Shown here: positions 11,137 to 22,223 of the stretch, one piece after another
Layout: every line of letters begins with the position of its first letter
Numbering within the stretch: position 1 is the stretch's first letter
Origin: an uncultured Methanosarcinaceae archaeon
GTDB lineage: Archaea > Halobacteriota > Methanosarcinia > Methanosarcinales > Methanosarcinaceae
Assembly: GCA_963847185.1 (NCBI GenBank)
Contig: CAWJYV010000001.1
Coordinates: 96,001 to 160,000, forward strand
DNA length: 64,000 bases
Direction of reading: 5' to 3'
Notes under the pieces: model-generated
What the model was told of the DNA's origin: nothing
The model's database searches: none
Seen by the model: the letters and a program-made list of their open reading frames with translations, nothing else
Position numbers and translations under genes: made by a program

Positions 11137-12778
11137 CTTGACTTTGTCACATTTCCTTTTCACGTCTACCGTGAAGTATAATTTTATTCCTATATATTTG
11201 AGATCGTGAAACAAATAACAAGTGACTTTATCAAGTCAAACACTATCTCTGTAGAAAAATACATTTCTGAAACGAATCTTGAATTCTATTTTCAAACTAA
11301 AACTCGTTGTGTCGCTTCAACGTGTATTGATTACCTTAATGGTTTGATGCTTCTTCCATATCGGAAAAATTTGAGAAAAATGGCAATTTATTGTTGTAAA
11401 TGCTCTAACAACCAATCACTCAGCCATTTCCTCTCAACTTCTCCTTGGCTTTCTGCAGATCTCCTCAAATCTGTTCGAACAAAAGCCATTCAAACTATAG
11501 GCAAAAATGGTGTTCTTATACTTGACGAATCAAGCATAAAAAAATCTGGAAATAGTTCTGTTGGAGTTTCTCATCAGTATTGTGGCAACCTTGGAAAAAA
11601 GGACAATTGTCAGGTTGGTGTATTCCTTGCTTATTTTAAAAAGAAGAGAAGAATGTTGATTGATGAGAGATTATATCTCCCACAAAAATGGATTGATGAT
11701 AAGGTACGTTGTTTAAAGGCTAAAGTTCCTCTTGAAGAGATTAAATTCCGAACCAAGCATGAGCTTGGTCTTGAAATGATTGATAATGCAATAGAAGAAG
11801 GTATTCCTTTTTCCTATGTTACAATGGATGGATTCTACGGTGAAAATCCGGAGTTGTTGACAGAACTTGAAATTAGAGGTTTAACTTTTGTTGCAGACAT
11901 AGCTGTCGATACTCTTGTTTATATTGAGGAACCAGTTGCTGAGATACCTGCGAAAAAGGGAATAAGAGGAAGAAAACCCACTATCCCCAAGGTTTTGAAT
12001 ACATTATCAACAAGAGTAGATTCTCTTTCCAATTCAGTTGAGGGATGGGAACTTATCAATGTTAGAAAAACGGAAAGAGGGTATAAAAAAGTCTATTTTA
12101 AGGCTATAAAAGTTTGGAGACGTCAGAATAAATTACCTTGTGAGAAGCCGGTATGGCTTCTTATAAGTAAAGATTCAGAATCAAATGAAATTAAATATTC
12201 ACTATGTAACGCCTCTGAAGATACATCATTCGATAAACTTGCAAAAATGCAGAGTTCAAGGTATTGGATTGAGAGAGCATTTCAAGATGCGAAAGGAGAC
12301 TGTGGAATGGCAGAATACATGGTGAGAAATTGGAATGCGTGGCACCATCATATGGCATTAGTAATGCTTGCAATGCTTATTTTACTCTCCTATCAGAAAA
12401 AATTCAACAAAATGTATAAGATGTCAATTCCTGGAGTTTTATGGATACTGAAGTACCATAATCCATTGAAAAGAATCGATGCTCGGGAAATTGCAGGAAT
12501 CTTAAATCAAGATAATGAGTTGAGAAGGAAAGCAAGGGTTAGCAGATTAAGAAGTTCATAATAATTTTCTGATTGGAATAAATGGATTCGTGTTCCGACG
12601 ACTGGTAAGTATACAATTTTGACAGGAAAAATTTATGACAGTAGAAATAATGGAGATAGTGATCAAGAAAAAAATAGAAGAAACAAGAATAGGAAAGGGA
12701 AAAGATTAAAGATACAGCAAATTTGAATGGAAATAAGTTGTGATGATTGTAAAAATGAGTTAATTTGACAAAGTCAAG
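11137..12778 (+). mobile_element. IS701-family insertion sequence
   Basis: TIR CTTGACTTTGTCA / TGACAAAGTCAAG, 4-bp target duplication TTAT on both sides, intact transposase. Confidence 0.9.
11206..12561 (+). CDS. IS701-family DDE transposase
   Basis: LILDES..KSG..SVGV..QYCGNLGK.DNCQVGV, MDGFYG, RYWIERAFQDAKG, WHHHMALVMLA. Confidence 0.92.
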   Translation: MKQITSDFIKSNTISVEKYISETNLEFYFQTKTRCVASTCIDYLNGLMLLPYRKNLRKMAIYCCKCSNNQSLSHFLSTSPWLSADLLKSVRTKAIQTIGKNGVLILDESSIKKSGNSSVGVSHQYCGNLGKKDNCQVGVFLAYFKKKRRMLIDERLYLPQKWIDDKVRCLKAKVPLEEIKFRTKHELGLEMIDNAIEEGIPFSYVTMDGFYGENPELLTELEIRGLTFVADIAVDTLVYIEEPVAEIPAKKGIRGRKPTIPKVLNTLSTRVDSLSNSVEGWELINVRKTERGYKKVYFKAIKVWRRQNKLPCEKPVWLLISKDSESNEIKYSLCNASEDTSFDKLAKMQSSRYWIERAFQDAKGDCGMAEYMVRNWNAWHHHMALVMLAMLILLSYQKKFNKMYKMSIPGVLWILKYHNPLKRIDAREIAGILNQDNELRRKARVSRLRSS

Positions 12779-12962
12779 TTATAAAACAACTTTCTTATTT
12801 TACCTTTTCGCGGCGTTGGGCAAAAATACCCAAGTTAAAGGCTGAAAACGCTTATTCTTAGGACACTGAAAGCTACCTTGTGGCAAAGGAGCAGAAGCGT
12901 AAAAACATAGCAAAAATCGTTAAGGCAGAAAAAGTCAAAGGTATAATTAGAAGATAAGGAGT

Positions 12963-13736
12963 ATGACAATGGAAGAAATAACAATCCACGAATTTGATTT
13001 TGCCCTCATCAATGAATTTTTCACAGAGCTTGAACGGCAGGGACCCGGCAGCCCCGAAGAAACCATCAAAGCATTAGGTTTTATCGGAAATCTTTCAAAC
13101 AAAACAAAAATTGCCGATTTAGGCTGTGGCACAGGCTTTCAAACAATGGTTCTGGCACAAAATACAGAAGCAACCATCACCGCCCTCGACCTTTACGCCG
13201 GCTCGATTGATAAACTTAACGCAACAGCCGGAAAACTTGGTTTGCAGAATAGGGTAAAAGGTATTGTCGGTTCAATGGATAATTTGCCGTTTCAGAATGA
13301 CGAATTTGATCTTATATGGTCTGAGGGAGCTATTGCCAATATAGGTTTTGAAAAAGGCTTGAATCACTGGAAAGGCTTCCTCAAAAAAGATGGTTATATT
13401 GCCGTAACATATGAGTCATGGTTTACCGATGAACGCCCCGCTGAAATTGAGAAGTGGTGGTTGGATGCAGTTCCTGAAATTGGCACAATAGGGTATAATA
13501 TTTCCATCATGCAAAAAACAGGTTATATTCCTGTTGCCGCATTTACGCTGCCTGAAAATTGTTGGATAGACAATTATTTTATTCCGCAAAAAGCAAGGCA
13601 AGAGGAATTCTTGAAAAAACATGCGGGAAATAAAACCGTTGAGGATATGATTGCATTTATGAGGCGTGAGGCAGACTTGTATTCAAAATACAAACAGTAT
13701 TATGGATATGTATTTTATATTGGGAAAAAGATGTAA
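12963..13736 (+). CDS. Class I SAM-dependent methyltransferase
   Basis: IADLGCGTG motif [10 protein letters not shown]; RQGPGS N-terminal motif. Confidence 0.9.
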   Translation: MTMEEITIHEFDFALINEFFTELERQGPGSPEETIKALGFIGNLSNKTKIADLGCGTGFQTMVLAQNTEATITALDLYAGSIDKLNATAGKLGLQNRVKGIVGSMDNLPFQNDEFDLIWSEGAIANIGFEKGLNHWKGFLKKDGYIAVTYESWFTDERPAEIEKWWLDAVPEIGTIGYNISIMQKTGYIPVAAFTLPENCWIDNYFIPQKARQEEFLKKHAGNKTVEDMIAFMRREADLYSKYKQYYGYVFYIGKKM

Positions 13737-14212
13737 AATAATAATATTCAAATAAATTCAAGAAAAAACATTTGTCAATTGCGATTAAGCTATATCTGTT
13801 TTCTTAAAAACAGAATGAAAAAAGTTAAGTTTTTTTGTCTAGTTTTTCAGAAGGTACTAGATGGATTTGATATCCTTTTATATTAAGTCCTTCAATTTTA
13901 CTTTCAGGATTTCTTTTATCAAGGTATAAATGTCCCCAGCATTTAGAACTATATTTCGTCGTGAACATGCCACCCGACGACAAGATGTACTTTTTATATG
14001 GAAGATTGCTGTTAAAAATCTTTCTTCCCACTTCAGCAGCTGAATCTAATAATTTTGAATCCGTGTTTTTTTATATATGTTTCATTGTATGTTAATTTGA
14101 TGTGTTTGCCTTACTCCCTGATTGTGCTTATTCAAATACGAACGTTTTAGCGTACAACGTTCGGATTAAAATATCCTGAAAAATTAGATTTAATAACTCT
14201 ATTTTATAATTA

Positions 14213-14226
14213 TTTGCAACGGAACC
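14213..14226 (-). mobile_element. Orphan IS6-family terminal inverted repeat
   Basis: TTTGCAACGGAACC is the reverse complement of GGTTCCGTTGCAAA at 19313. Confidence 0.65.
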
Positions 14227-14238
14227 GAAGAAGTTAAT

Positions 14239-14360
14239 GTTCATGTCCACAGACCTTCTGCAGTAAATTTGATTTAAATCTTCTGACATCGTCCAGTGGA
14301 AATATGGAATTCCTTGGGAGTTTCATTGAGTGCTATTGCAGAAGGTCTGTGGACATGAAC
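14239..14360. mobile_element. Small MITE (~122 bp)
   Basis: 24-bp perfect TIR GTTCATGTCCACAGACCTTCTGCA / TGCAGAAGGTCTGTGGACATGAAC. Confidence 0.75.
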
Positions 14361-14384
14361 CCTAGCTCTACCCCTTATAGAAGG

Positions 14385-15674
14385 TTATTGGCTAGAGCGT
14401 AATCCGTTAATGATTTCTTCTAGAAGGAGGAGGGCACCCGAAACTCCCAGATATGTCTTAGGGAGAAAGTGGATGTATCCCTCTTCAGGAATGGTTATTT
14501 CAATGCCTGTTTTGCAACATTCCTTTGCTTTTAAAAGTTGCAGAGTAGGACCATCTGCAAAGGCAATGTCCACCGATTCAAGGGTAAGATCTTTATCCCA
14601 TGCTTCAAAAAAACCATTTTCTTCTAGAAATATTCTGAGATTTTCTGCTGCTTTAGGATCGCTTCCAGGAAGTAGTTTTACTGCAAGAGGAGCCATTCCC
14701 AAGTAAGAATAAAGCCAGTGTATAAGGGAATAGGCAAGGGAACTTTCAGCCCTGACTGAAAAACTGGCTCCTTTGGGAAGCCCTGAGAAAGAATGGAAAC
14801 GCGAAATCTGTTGATAACTTACCTTTCTGGCTTTATGGACTTCTGCGAGGGCAGGTGCAGGGTTGATATCCAGAACAGCTGCAACTTCCCTCAGCAGGCT
14901 TTCAATCGCATCAAACCCAAGGGGAGCCCCAAAAGGAGAAAACACAGCTGGGATCCCAAAATGTTCTTTATACCATTCTGCAATCCTTCTTCCGTATTCG
15001 GGGAAAATAACGATATTACAGGCTGCTTCGCCTGACTTCCGGATTTCGTTGAGGGAAGTTCCGGCAAGGAAAACGGTTCCTACCTCCAGGTTAAGAAAAG
15101 CCAGAAGCCGCTTCATTTCTGTAACTGAGCCTTCCCAGTGTTTATTGAGCAGGGAAAGCCCAATCAGATTCACTTTTTTTGAAGAGCCTATATTATGGGA
15201 GGCCTGAAGATTCAGGTGCTTGAGCAGGGTAAGGGCAGTATTTTCAAAGCCAGTTGCTGCGGGAAGGGAAAAACCTGTATTTTCTATCACAAAACAGCGG
15301 TCCTGCATCCTTACTTTTTTAATTACACCTTCCAGGTCGTCTCCCAAAAGGCTTGCTCCTGGGGAATTAATCACCACAAGTAAGCCTTTTTCCTTTGCTG
15401 CTATTGTTGTAAGTGCTCTCTCAAATTTTTCAAGGGAACCTTGAATGTAGTCTTCCCCATCCAAGCAGGTGCAGGGAACTCTAGGCTGCCCGACATAGAA
15501 CTCATCCTGGAATGCCAGGGGGTCATGTGAACTTTCTCTGGGAAATTGTCTGTCTGAGAGAAAACCATGGTATAACTTGCATCCTGTAGGCCCGTTCAGG
15601 AGCACAGCCGCATCTCTGATCCCTTCTACCGCCATGATAGAACCTGTAAAAGAATCAGGAGAAAAAATCAACAT
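14385..15674 (-). CDS. Nitrogenase component 1-like oxidoreductase subunit (group IV, NifK/NifN/BchB-like)
   Basis: PDSFTG...LLNGPTGC...[12 protein letters not shown]; overlaps the upstream gene. Confidence 0.85.
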   Translation of the reverse strand: MLIFSPDSFTGSIMAVEGIRDAAVLLNGPTGCKLYHGFLSDRQFPRESSHDPLAFQDEFYVGQPRVPCTCLDGEDYIQGSLEKFERALTTIAAKEKGLLVVINSPGASLLGDDLEGVIKKVRMQDRCFVIENTGFSLPAATGFENTALTLLKHLNLQASHNIGSSKKVNLIGLSLLNKHWEGSVTEMKRLLAFLNLEVGTVFLAGTSLNEIRKSGEAACNIVIFPEYGRRIAEWYKEHFGIPAVFSPFGAPLGFDAIESLLREVAAVLDINPAPALAEVHKARKVSYQQISRFHSFSGLPKGASFSVRAESSLAYSLIHWLYSYLGMAPLAVKLLPGSDPKAAENLRIFLEENGFFEAWDKDLTLESVDIAFADGPTLQLLKAKECCKTGIEITIPEEGYIHFLPKTYLGVSGALLLLEEIINGLRSSQ

Positions 15675-18004
15675 TCATCACCACCGTCATACTTCCATCC
15701 TTCCACAGCTGGAAGCCGTAGAAGTGTACTCCAGCGTTTTGCAAGCTCAAGCCCACTAAGGAACCCCACCCGTGGGGAAAAGGGGATGGTATCGTAATGC
15801 ACTCCATCTTCAGGGACCGAAAGTGCATAATTCGAAAGGACAAAGTCTGGCTTGAAAATCTTAATATCCCTTTCTCTTTTTTCATCAGTATAGTTCCTCT
15901 CTATTGGGAAATTTTCGTGAGACTGGAGGTTGAGGTTTTTCCTCTCAAAAAAAGAGACTGGAATTCCAACTTTGATAATTTCCATTCCTAGATCTTGGAT
16001 GGTGTCCAGCACCCATCCGCTGTTCTCTGTGTAGTTCACCAAAAGTACGCGCTTACCTGAGAGATAAGGAGCATATTTTTCAATCCCTAATCTATACATC
16101 TTTTCCTGTTCCTGCAGCAGGGGTGTGAAATCTTTTCCAGGGAGCAGACGTGCTACTAGGGCTTTCACCCAGAGAGAACTTTCCTGGAAACCCACAGGAA
16201 ATGGAAGCTCAAAAAACTCAACCCCGAAACGCTCAGAAAGGTATGCTTGCATGTTTCGGGTATCTGGGTCATCATAGGCTAACAAGTTGATTTCCGCTTT
16301 TTTAAAAGAACGAAGGGAAAGAGTGTCTGTCCTTTTTAAAAACCTGCAATTGACCTTGTAACCCAACCTTTTGAGGAGCTTCTCAACAGTATGGAAGTGT
16401 TCTTCGTCCCTCAGGGAAACACTCCTTTCTCCAATAATATTGACCAGACCTTTTTCAGGCTTTACAGAAGGATCAATCAGGTCAGCAACTTTTTTGTAGC
16501 CCTCAAGCAATCCAGTCGAAAAGTCTCCTGTAATAACTCCTTCTACAGGAATGGGGATAACTCTTGCTCCGGGAAAACGGACTTTCGCTCTTGAGGTTGC
16601 CTTTTTTATGTCGTCGCCTATAATCCCTGTGGGGCAGGTGTTCACCACAAAAACAGTTCGCCAGCCAGCTGAAAGGGCTTCTTCGATTTTCCTCTCAAGC
16701 TTTTCAAATCCCCCGAAAATTGCTTCCTCTTCGTTTATATCTGTGGGTAAGAGGCTAGAGATCTGCCTTTCATCGTTAGTCTGTATATTTATTCTTCCTC
16801 CCCTTAAAAATGAGCCTACAAGGGCATCGGTTATAAAATGAGTGCAGCTTCTTGGCCCGTGTAGAACGGTAGCAGCATCGTTAACCTGAAAAGTCGCAGT
16901 TACAGCCCCTGAAAAAGCGCAACCATAAAGAAGCGGTCTAGAAGTAAATACTATTGGAGATGGCGTAGACACTTTTTTGGAAGTTCCCGTGAAAATTTCT
17001 ACAGGTTGTATTTCGGGAATCACTTTACAGCTATTTTCAGAACTTGCTTCGGGTATCTTCATGTGGATTTTCGTGGAAGATCCGTTTTCTTGTCTGATAG
17101 GAACAGATTCAGCATATTGCCTTTTTTCGGATACAGAACCTATTTCAAATGACTTTATATCGGGTCGTTCACGCCTTCCAAGCACCAAGGCTTCAAGCTC
17201 AAGGTCACTTAGGGGGTTGGCAAGGTAGAGCAGGCTCCGATTCTTTTCCAGGGTTTCAACATATCTTGCTAACTCCCTGAAAACATTTGCAGGGACAGAA
17301 GAAGGGAAGGCTTCAGCCAGGGTTTTTCCGGCTTTTTCAGCCCTAGAAAATACTTCATCCCTGGGAAGGGAGGCTACTACAGGCAGCCCTACTGCCTGAG
17401 CAAAGGCATAAACTCTTTTCTCTTCAGCGAAAAGTCCGCGTCTGTTGAAGATGATGCCTGCAACTCTGGGGGCTGTGTCCTCGAAATTCTGGATTCCCCG
17501 GAGGATATTATTGGCTGCGTATAGGGCCATATATTCCCCTGAAGTCACCAGAAAAACCGCATCAGCATATTCTTTCCTGAGGGGAAGTGCAAACCCTCCA
17601 CAGACTACGTCCCCAAGAACATCATAGAGAACGACGTCGAAAGAGGAAGCTCTAAGCCCTAGGCGTTTTAAGACCTCAAAGCTACTCAGTATTCCCCTAC
17701 CTGCACATCCTATTCCGGGTTTTGGACCTCCGACTTCTATGCAGGCAATGCCTCCATAGCCTTCAAAGACCACGGCTTCAAGATGCTGCGCTTCCTGAGG
17801 ATTTTTGCGCATATAGTCCAACACTGTGGGGATATCGGCCCCTCCAAGGAGCAGACGAGTAGAATCGTGTTTTGGGTCGCAGCCGACCTGCAACACCCTT
17901 TTTTTCAAATCAGCAAGGGCAGCCGAGAGATTTGCAGCAATGGTTGACTTCCCTATGCCTCCTTTCCCATAAAGAGCAATTTGGATTATGTTTTTTTCCC
18001 CCAT
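15668..18004 (-). CDS. NifH-like Fe protein fused to a NifD/NifE-like component 1 domain
   Basis: [42 protein letters not shown]; C-terminal [24 protein letters not shown]. Confidence 0.92.
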   Translation of the reverse strand: MGEKNIIQIALYGKGGIGKSTIAANLSAALADLKKRVLQVGCDPKHDSTRLLLGGADIPTVLDYMRKNPQEAQHLEAVVFEGYGGIACIEVGGPKPGIGCAGRGILSSFEVLKRLGLRASSFDVVLYDVLGDVVCGGFALPLRKEYADAVFLVTSGEYMALYAANNILRGIQNFEDTAPRVAGIIFNRRGLFAEEKRVYAFAQAVGLPVVASLPRDEVFSRAEKAGKTLAEAFPSSVPANVFRELARYVETLEKNRSLLYLANPLSDLELEALVLGRRERPDIKSFEIGSVSEKRQYAESVPIRQENGSSTKIHMKIPEASSENSCKVIPEIQPVEIFTGTSKKVSTPSPIVFTSRPLLYGCAFSGAVTATFQVNDAATVLHGPRSCTHFITDALVGSFLRGGRINIQTNDERQISSLLPTDINEEEAIFGGFEKLERKIEEALSAGWRTVFVVNTCPTGIIGDDIKKATSRAKVRFPGARVIPIPVEGVITGDFSTGLLEGYKKVADLIDPSVKPEKGLVNIIGERSVSLRDEEHFHTVEKLLKRLGYKVNCRFLKRTDTLSLRSFKKAEINLLAYDDPDTRNMQAYLSERFGVEFFELPFPVGFQESSLWVKALVARLLPGKDFTPLLQEQEKMYRLGIEKYAPYLSGKRVLLVNYTENSGWVLDTIQDLGMEIIKVGIPVSFFERKNLNLQSHENFPIERNYTDEKRERDIKIFKPDFVLSNYALSVPEDGVHYDTIPFSPRVGFLSGLELAKRWSTLLRLPAVEGWKYDGGDEC

Positions 18005-18053
18005 GGTTTACTGAATTATCTAGGATGGATATTCCTGAATCATTTGCTAAATT

Positions 18054-18491
18054 TTAGTACTTTCCCATAATCTTTACAATTCCCCTGTGCATACCATGAA
18101 TGCTTAACCCATTACCGAGATACATCATTGGGCAGTATCCAGTTATACACTTAAATCCCTGTTTTTGGCAGGCTTCCACGGATTTTTCAGTATCAGTTCT
18201 CCAGTGAAGCCATACTTTTTTTATGCCTTTTCCTTTAAGAATAGGAATTAAATCGCCTGGTTCGGTATTTGTGACTCCAATAACCACATGATCTACGTCT
18301 ACGGGAATTTCAGCCAGGTCTGTAAGTGAATCTCGATCAGGTTTTTGGGAAAGGTCTACAAGATATACTTTTTTACCTCTGCTTTTGAGTTCAGAGGCTG
18401 TCCATTTCATAGCCGGCTTTGTGTGATCAGTGATTATTGCAAAAGTTTGTGCATCCCAGAACTTTTCTCTATCCATGCTAGAGGAGTCCAT
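18054..18491 (-). CDS. CoA-binding domain protein (CoA_binding_2/YccU-like)
   Basis: Rossmann-like FAII...GIKKVWLH...GYCPMMYL; probable start MDSSS at 18491. Confidence 0.7.
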   Translation of the reverse strand: MDSSSMDREKFWDAQTFAIITDHTKPAMKWTASELKSRGKKVYLVDLSQKPDRDSLTDLAEIPVDVDHVVIGVTNTEPGDLIPILKGKGIKKVWLHWRTDTEKSVEACQKQGFKCITGYCPMMYLGNGLSIHGMHRGIVKIMGKY

Positions 18492-18513
18492 ATTGAGTTC
18501 ACCTTTACTTTGA

Positions 18514-18918
18514 TCAAAGCAATTTCTGTCCTGCATTTGGACCAGGAGCACATTGAAAGACGTTGGAAATCTGAACTTCTATAAGAGTCTTTGCAGGAAG
18601 TCCGGGTTTTGCTGTATGCACAATTGACTTCATTTTTTCAAACTTTTCTCCCGATTCGATAACAATTGCTTTACCTTTTATTTGAAAGCAGCCACCTGTA
18701 TCAGGACCCCAAACGTAAATTGCAACATTAGGATTTTCTTTTAAGTTTGCTAAGGATTTACTCATGAAATTATCCACAATCCAGATTGTATCATCATCGA
18801 TAAGTTGGCAGAACCCTATAGGTACTACATTTGGAATTCCATCCTTTGAGGCTGTAGCTACAGGAAAAATCTTAACCTTTGAAAATGCAGTTTTCGTCTC
18901 TTCATCTAATTTTACCAT
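18514..18918 (-). CDS. Pyridoxamine 5'-phosphate oxidase-like FMN-binding protein
   Basis: VATASKDGIPNVVP...DNFMSKSLANLKENP...FQIKG...PGPNAG. Confidence 0.85.
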   Translation of the reverse strand: MVKLDEETKTAFSKVKIFPVATASKDGIPNVVPIGFCQLIDDDTIWIVDNFMSKSLANLKENPNVAIYVWGPDTGGCFQIKGKAIVIESGEKFEKMKSIVHTAKPGLPAKTLIEVQISNVFQCAPGPNAGQKLL

Positions 18919-19190
18919 AATATCACAACCATCAATTATCAACATCTTAAAGATCTGGTTCGTAATTTATAAGCAAGTCTTAACGGTGTATATTTATATA
19001 CCTATGCGTCATAATTATGTACCAATTTTATATTGTACAGAAAAATGACCTTGGGATAGTTTTCTATGATAGCATTAAACCGTTAACAGTCAAATAAGCG
19101 ACCTGAATTAAAGCAACATTTTGTCGAAATAACATTTAATTGCATCAAATTAACAATCGGTTTTCTAGTAATTTTAGAGGGTAAGCAAAA

Positions 19191-19312
19191 GTGGAGACAA
19201 AGAGTGAAAACACTGAGGATTATTACAGAGAAGAACTGCACGCTATTAAAGAAGAGATTATATCTCTGAGAAACGAATTTTCACAATTTTTACAAAAGGC
19301 AAACCAACAGCA
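19191..19312 (+). pseudogene. 5' fragment of a gene (possibly the operon's divergent regulator) cut by IS6
   Basis: Coiled-coil-like N-terminus runs directly into the IS6 TIR at 19313. Confidence 0.45.
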
Positions 19313-19862
19313 GGTTCCGTTGCAAAAAATCATGATATTGAAGCAAAAATTTAGTTTCACAACAAAGAACATAAAGAAACAGAATATCTCAAATAACATC
19401 CAGATTTAGGCAGCTATTTCGAATAACTGGTTTATAAAATTGACTTCAGCACGGACACATTGATTTAAAGTATCAACCTGTCCTTTTTTATCATATGCAT
19501 GATTTCAATTCCTTTTATAGTTTTAATAGCCGTAGAAAAAGACTGGAAACCTAACATTGGACACACTATCCGTTTTATAGATCTATGATCCTGTTCAACA
19601 ATGTTATTTAAATACTTAATTTGTCGAAGATTTACATTTTGAGGTAACATTCTATTATTTTTCAGTTCATTTATAGCAGGTGGATAAGCTGGATTTTTAT
19701 CAACTGTTATTACTCTTGGGATTTGATTGTGCTTTGAACCCAAAGCTTTCTTAAGGAATCTCTTTGCAGCTTTTTTACTTCGTTTTGCACTTAACATGAA
19801 ATCGATTGTATTACCATTTGAGTCAACTGCTCTGTAAAGATATTTCCATTCACCTTTTACTG
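19313..19862 (-). mobile_element. Truncated IS6-family element (3' half of transposase plus right TIR)
   Basis: VKGEWKYLYRAVDSNGNTIDFMLS, ITVDKNPAYP, KYLNNIVEQDHRSIK; TIR GGTTCCGTTGCAAA; 5' part replaced by IS200. Confidence 0.88.
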
Positions 19863-19865
19863 CTA

Positions 19866-20577
19866 TGGGAGCGCGGAGGGTCACGAATGCCCAGACTTTT
19901 AAGTCTGGGATGAAGTGAACCCTCGCAGGTTTTTCGACATTCACCTTAAAAATCTAAAATCGTCACTTTTTTCAATATAAAGTTTTTTGACACCATAGCC
20001 ACAGGCGGTTGCAGCCACCTATGGCTAGGATGTGATAAGCATTGGAATTGCGTAGTTTTAGCCACGGCTATGGTCAGATCACCTACCACCTCGTATTGGC
20101 GCCTAAGTACAGATTCAAAATATTCTATAACAATAGAGTTAAAAAGGATTGCGAATCGATCTTCAAAAACATTTGTACTGAGAAAGGCTATAGAATACAT
20201 GCCATGGAAATAGTAGAAGACCATGTGCACTTGTTTCTGGAATTCCATCCCAGCACCTCACTATCCAAGGTAATTCAACACCTAAAAGGAGGAAGTTCTT
20301 ACAGATTATTTAAGCTTCATCCTGAACTAAGGGAAAAATACTGGGGTGGAAGTCTATGTCAAGTGGCAAGTTCTATAGATCAATTGGGAATGTAACTGCT
20401 GACACAATCAAGCATTATATTAACTATTCACAAGGAAAACCAAAAAAAGAGATTATAACGAATAGAATAAAGAAATCTGGACAATTGAAACTAAGCGATT
20501 TCTAACTTCCTCAAAAATCGGCGGACGGCCCGAAGCATACCCTACCTTTTAAGGTAGGGTGGCCGTCTGCAATTTGA
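19866..20577 (+). mobile_element. IS200/IS605-family element (tnpA only) abutting the truncated IS6 transposase
   Basis: Subterminal hairpins CCCAGACTT-TT-AAGTCTGGG (19890-19909) and ACCCTACCTT-TT-AAGGTAGGGT (20539-20560). Confidence 0.8.
20042..20505 (+). pseudogene. tnpA: IS200 Y1 (HUH) transposase, frameshifted near 20357
   Basis: YHLVLAPKYR, DHVHLF, LKGGSS, YWGGSL; C-terminus continues in another frame to TAA 20505. Confidence 0.85.
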
Positions 20578-20665
20578 TTTCTTATTTTACAAAAGATGAT
20601 AACTATAATATATTCATTTTATATGTTATTATGTTTAATAGTAATATAGTAAATGGAGCAGATAA

Positions 20666-21958
20666 ATGTCATCAAGAAGAATGTATCTCCCAATTATGGC
20701 AATGGTTCTTTTTTTGATTTTCACATCCACCAGTGCATTAGCAGCAACGCCAGTATTCACGGAATCTCGCATCACAACTAACATTTCTAATTCGCAGTTC
20801 CCTGCTATATATGGAGATAATATAGTATGGCAAGACGATAGAAATGGAAATTGGGATATTTATATCTTAAATATGAAAAGTAAAGTCCAGATTCATACAA
20901 CGAATAAAGTAGAACAAGAAAACTCCGCGATTTATGGTGATAGAGTAGTTTGGCAAGATAAACGATATAATGGAGATTATATTTATCCAGATCCTGATGT
21001 TCTTAGTTCATATCTTGAGGGTTATGATATAGTACTCGAGAATCTAACAACAAAAACACAAACTCGAGTCACTCATACAAACTCAGCAGCGAATCCGGAC
21101 ATCTATAAAGATTGGGTCGTATATAGAAACCAGGCATATAGCGAGAGAGAAAATTGGGGGGAAATTTATGCATACAACATAAAGACAAAGAGGACAGTAA
21201 CAATAAATAATTCTTGGTATTCCGAAAATCCCGCAATATATGAAGATAGAGTGGCGTATCAAAGTGGCGGTGAAGGATTGCCAGATATATATTGTTACAA
21301 CCTAACAACTAATAAAAACATACAGGTTACTAATACCAAATCAGCAACAGAACCTGCAATATATGGTGACAATATCGTTTATATAGATTATTATACATAC
21401 CCAGTTATGGCTGATAATAATTGGTTAACGTATGATGCAGTATATATGTATGATATTTCTACTAAAACTACAAAAATGATAACTAATTCTACAGGATATA
21501 TCGAGAAAGTTAGAATATATGGAAATCTTATAGTTTGGGACGAATACCGTGATGGTAGCAAGGATATATACATATATGATATTTCCACCAAACAACAATG
21601 GCATACCACAAATAAATCTGACCAATCAGACCCAGCGATTTTTGAAACTAAAGTAGTCTGGCGAGATTCCCGAAACGGAAATGATGATATTTATATGGGT
21701 GCCTTTATATATCCCCCTGTAGCAGGATTCTCCGCAAGACCAGTAGATGGAAGATCACCGCTTACCGTTAGGTTTACCGATAAAAGTTCAGGGAGCCCTA
21801 CATCATGGAGCTGGAACTTTGGAGATGGTAAAAGCTCAACGTCACAAAATTCAACACATACATACAACAAGAAAGGAAAGTATGATGTAAGTTTAACGGT
21901 GAAAAATGTAGCTGGATATAACATCAAAAAAGTTAAAAGTTATATTATTGCCCGATGA
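20666..21958 (+). CDS. Secreted cell-surface protein with beta-propeller repeats and C-terminal PKD domain
   Basis: Signal peptide; repeated PAIYGD.IVWQD.RNG..DIY; PKD FTDKSSGSPTSWSWNFGDG. Confidence 0.9.
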   Translation: MSSRRMYLPIMAMVLFLIFTSTSALAATPVFTESRITTNISNSQFPAIYGDNIVWQDDRNGNWDIYILNMKSKVQIHTTNKVEQENSAIYGDRVVWQDKRYNGDYIYPDPDVLSSYLEGYDIVLENLTTKTQTRVTHTNSAANPDIYKDWVVYRNQAYSERENWGEIYAYNIKTKRTVTINNSWYSENPAIYEDRVAYQSGGEGLPDIYCYNLTTNKNIQVTNTKSATEPAIYGDNIVYIDYYTYPVMADNNWLTYDAVYMYDISTKTTKMITNSTGYIEKVRIYGNLIVWDEYRDGSKDIYIYDISTKQQWHTTNKSDQSDPAIFETKVVWRDSRNGNDDIYMGAFIYPPVAGFSARPVDGRSPLTVRFTDKSSGSPTSWSWNFGDGKSSTSQNSTHTYNKKGKYDVSLTVKNVAGYNIKKVKSYIIAR

Positions 21959-22223
21959 GATTTACTTTAATCTCTGAGTCTTACAACTCAGAGCCTGAAG
22001 GAAACAAAAATTTCATCCCTCTCAGGCTTGAATTTAAATTATGACTATGAACCTATCCGAAAAATAGAGCTACTAACTTAGCTTTAGAGATTTACTAATT
22101 TTTTGGAAGGCTCTAAGTCACTAAACTCCACGAATAGGCTATTTGGAATCGAAATTTAATCCCATTAATACTTTCATCTAACTTCCTTTAACCTTATTAT
22201 CTTTTTTAATTGAATATTACTTG

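Larger units (their letters stand above)
10886..12832. mobile_element. MITE (~300 bp net) interrupted by an IS701-family element
   Basis: TGGGTATTTTTGCCCAACGCC (10886-10906) is the exact reverse complement of 12812-12832; similarity extends to ~38 bp. Confidence 0.75.

Noticed and set aside
13825-14090. Left IS6 transposase next to the TIR at 14213
   Set aside because: Translation shows no IS6 motifs; an unrelated broken ORF
14385-18004. True nitrogenase (nifHDK) or cfbCD
   Set aside because: No apparent FeMo-co ligand, incomplete P-cluster ligands, fused architecture, no nifENB or cfb neighbours
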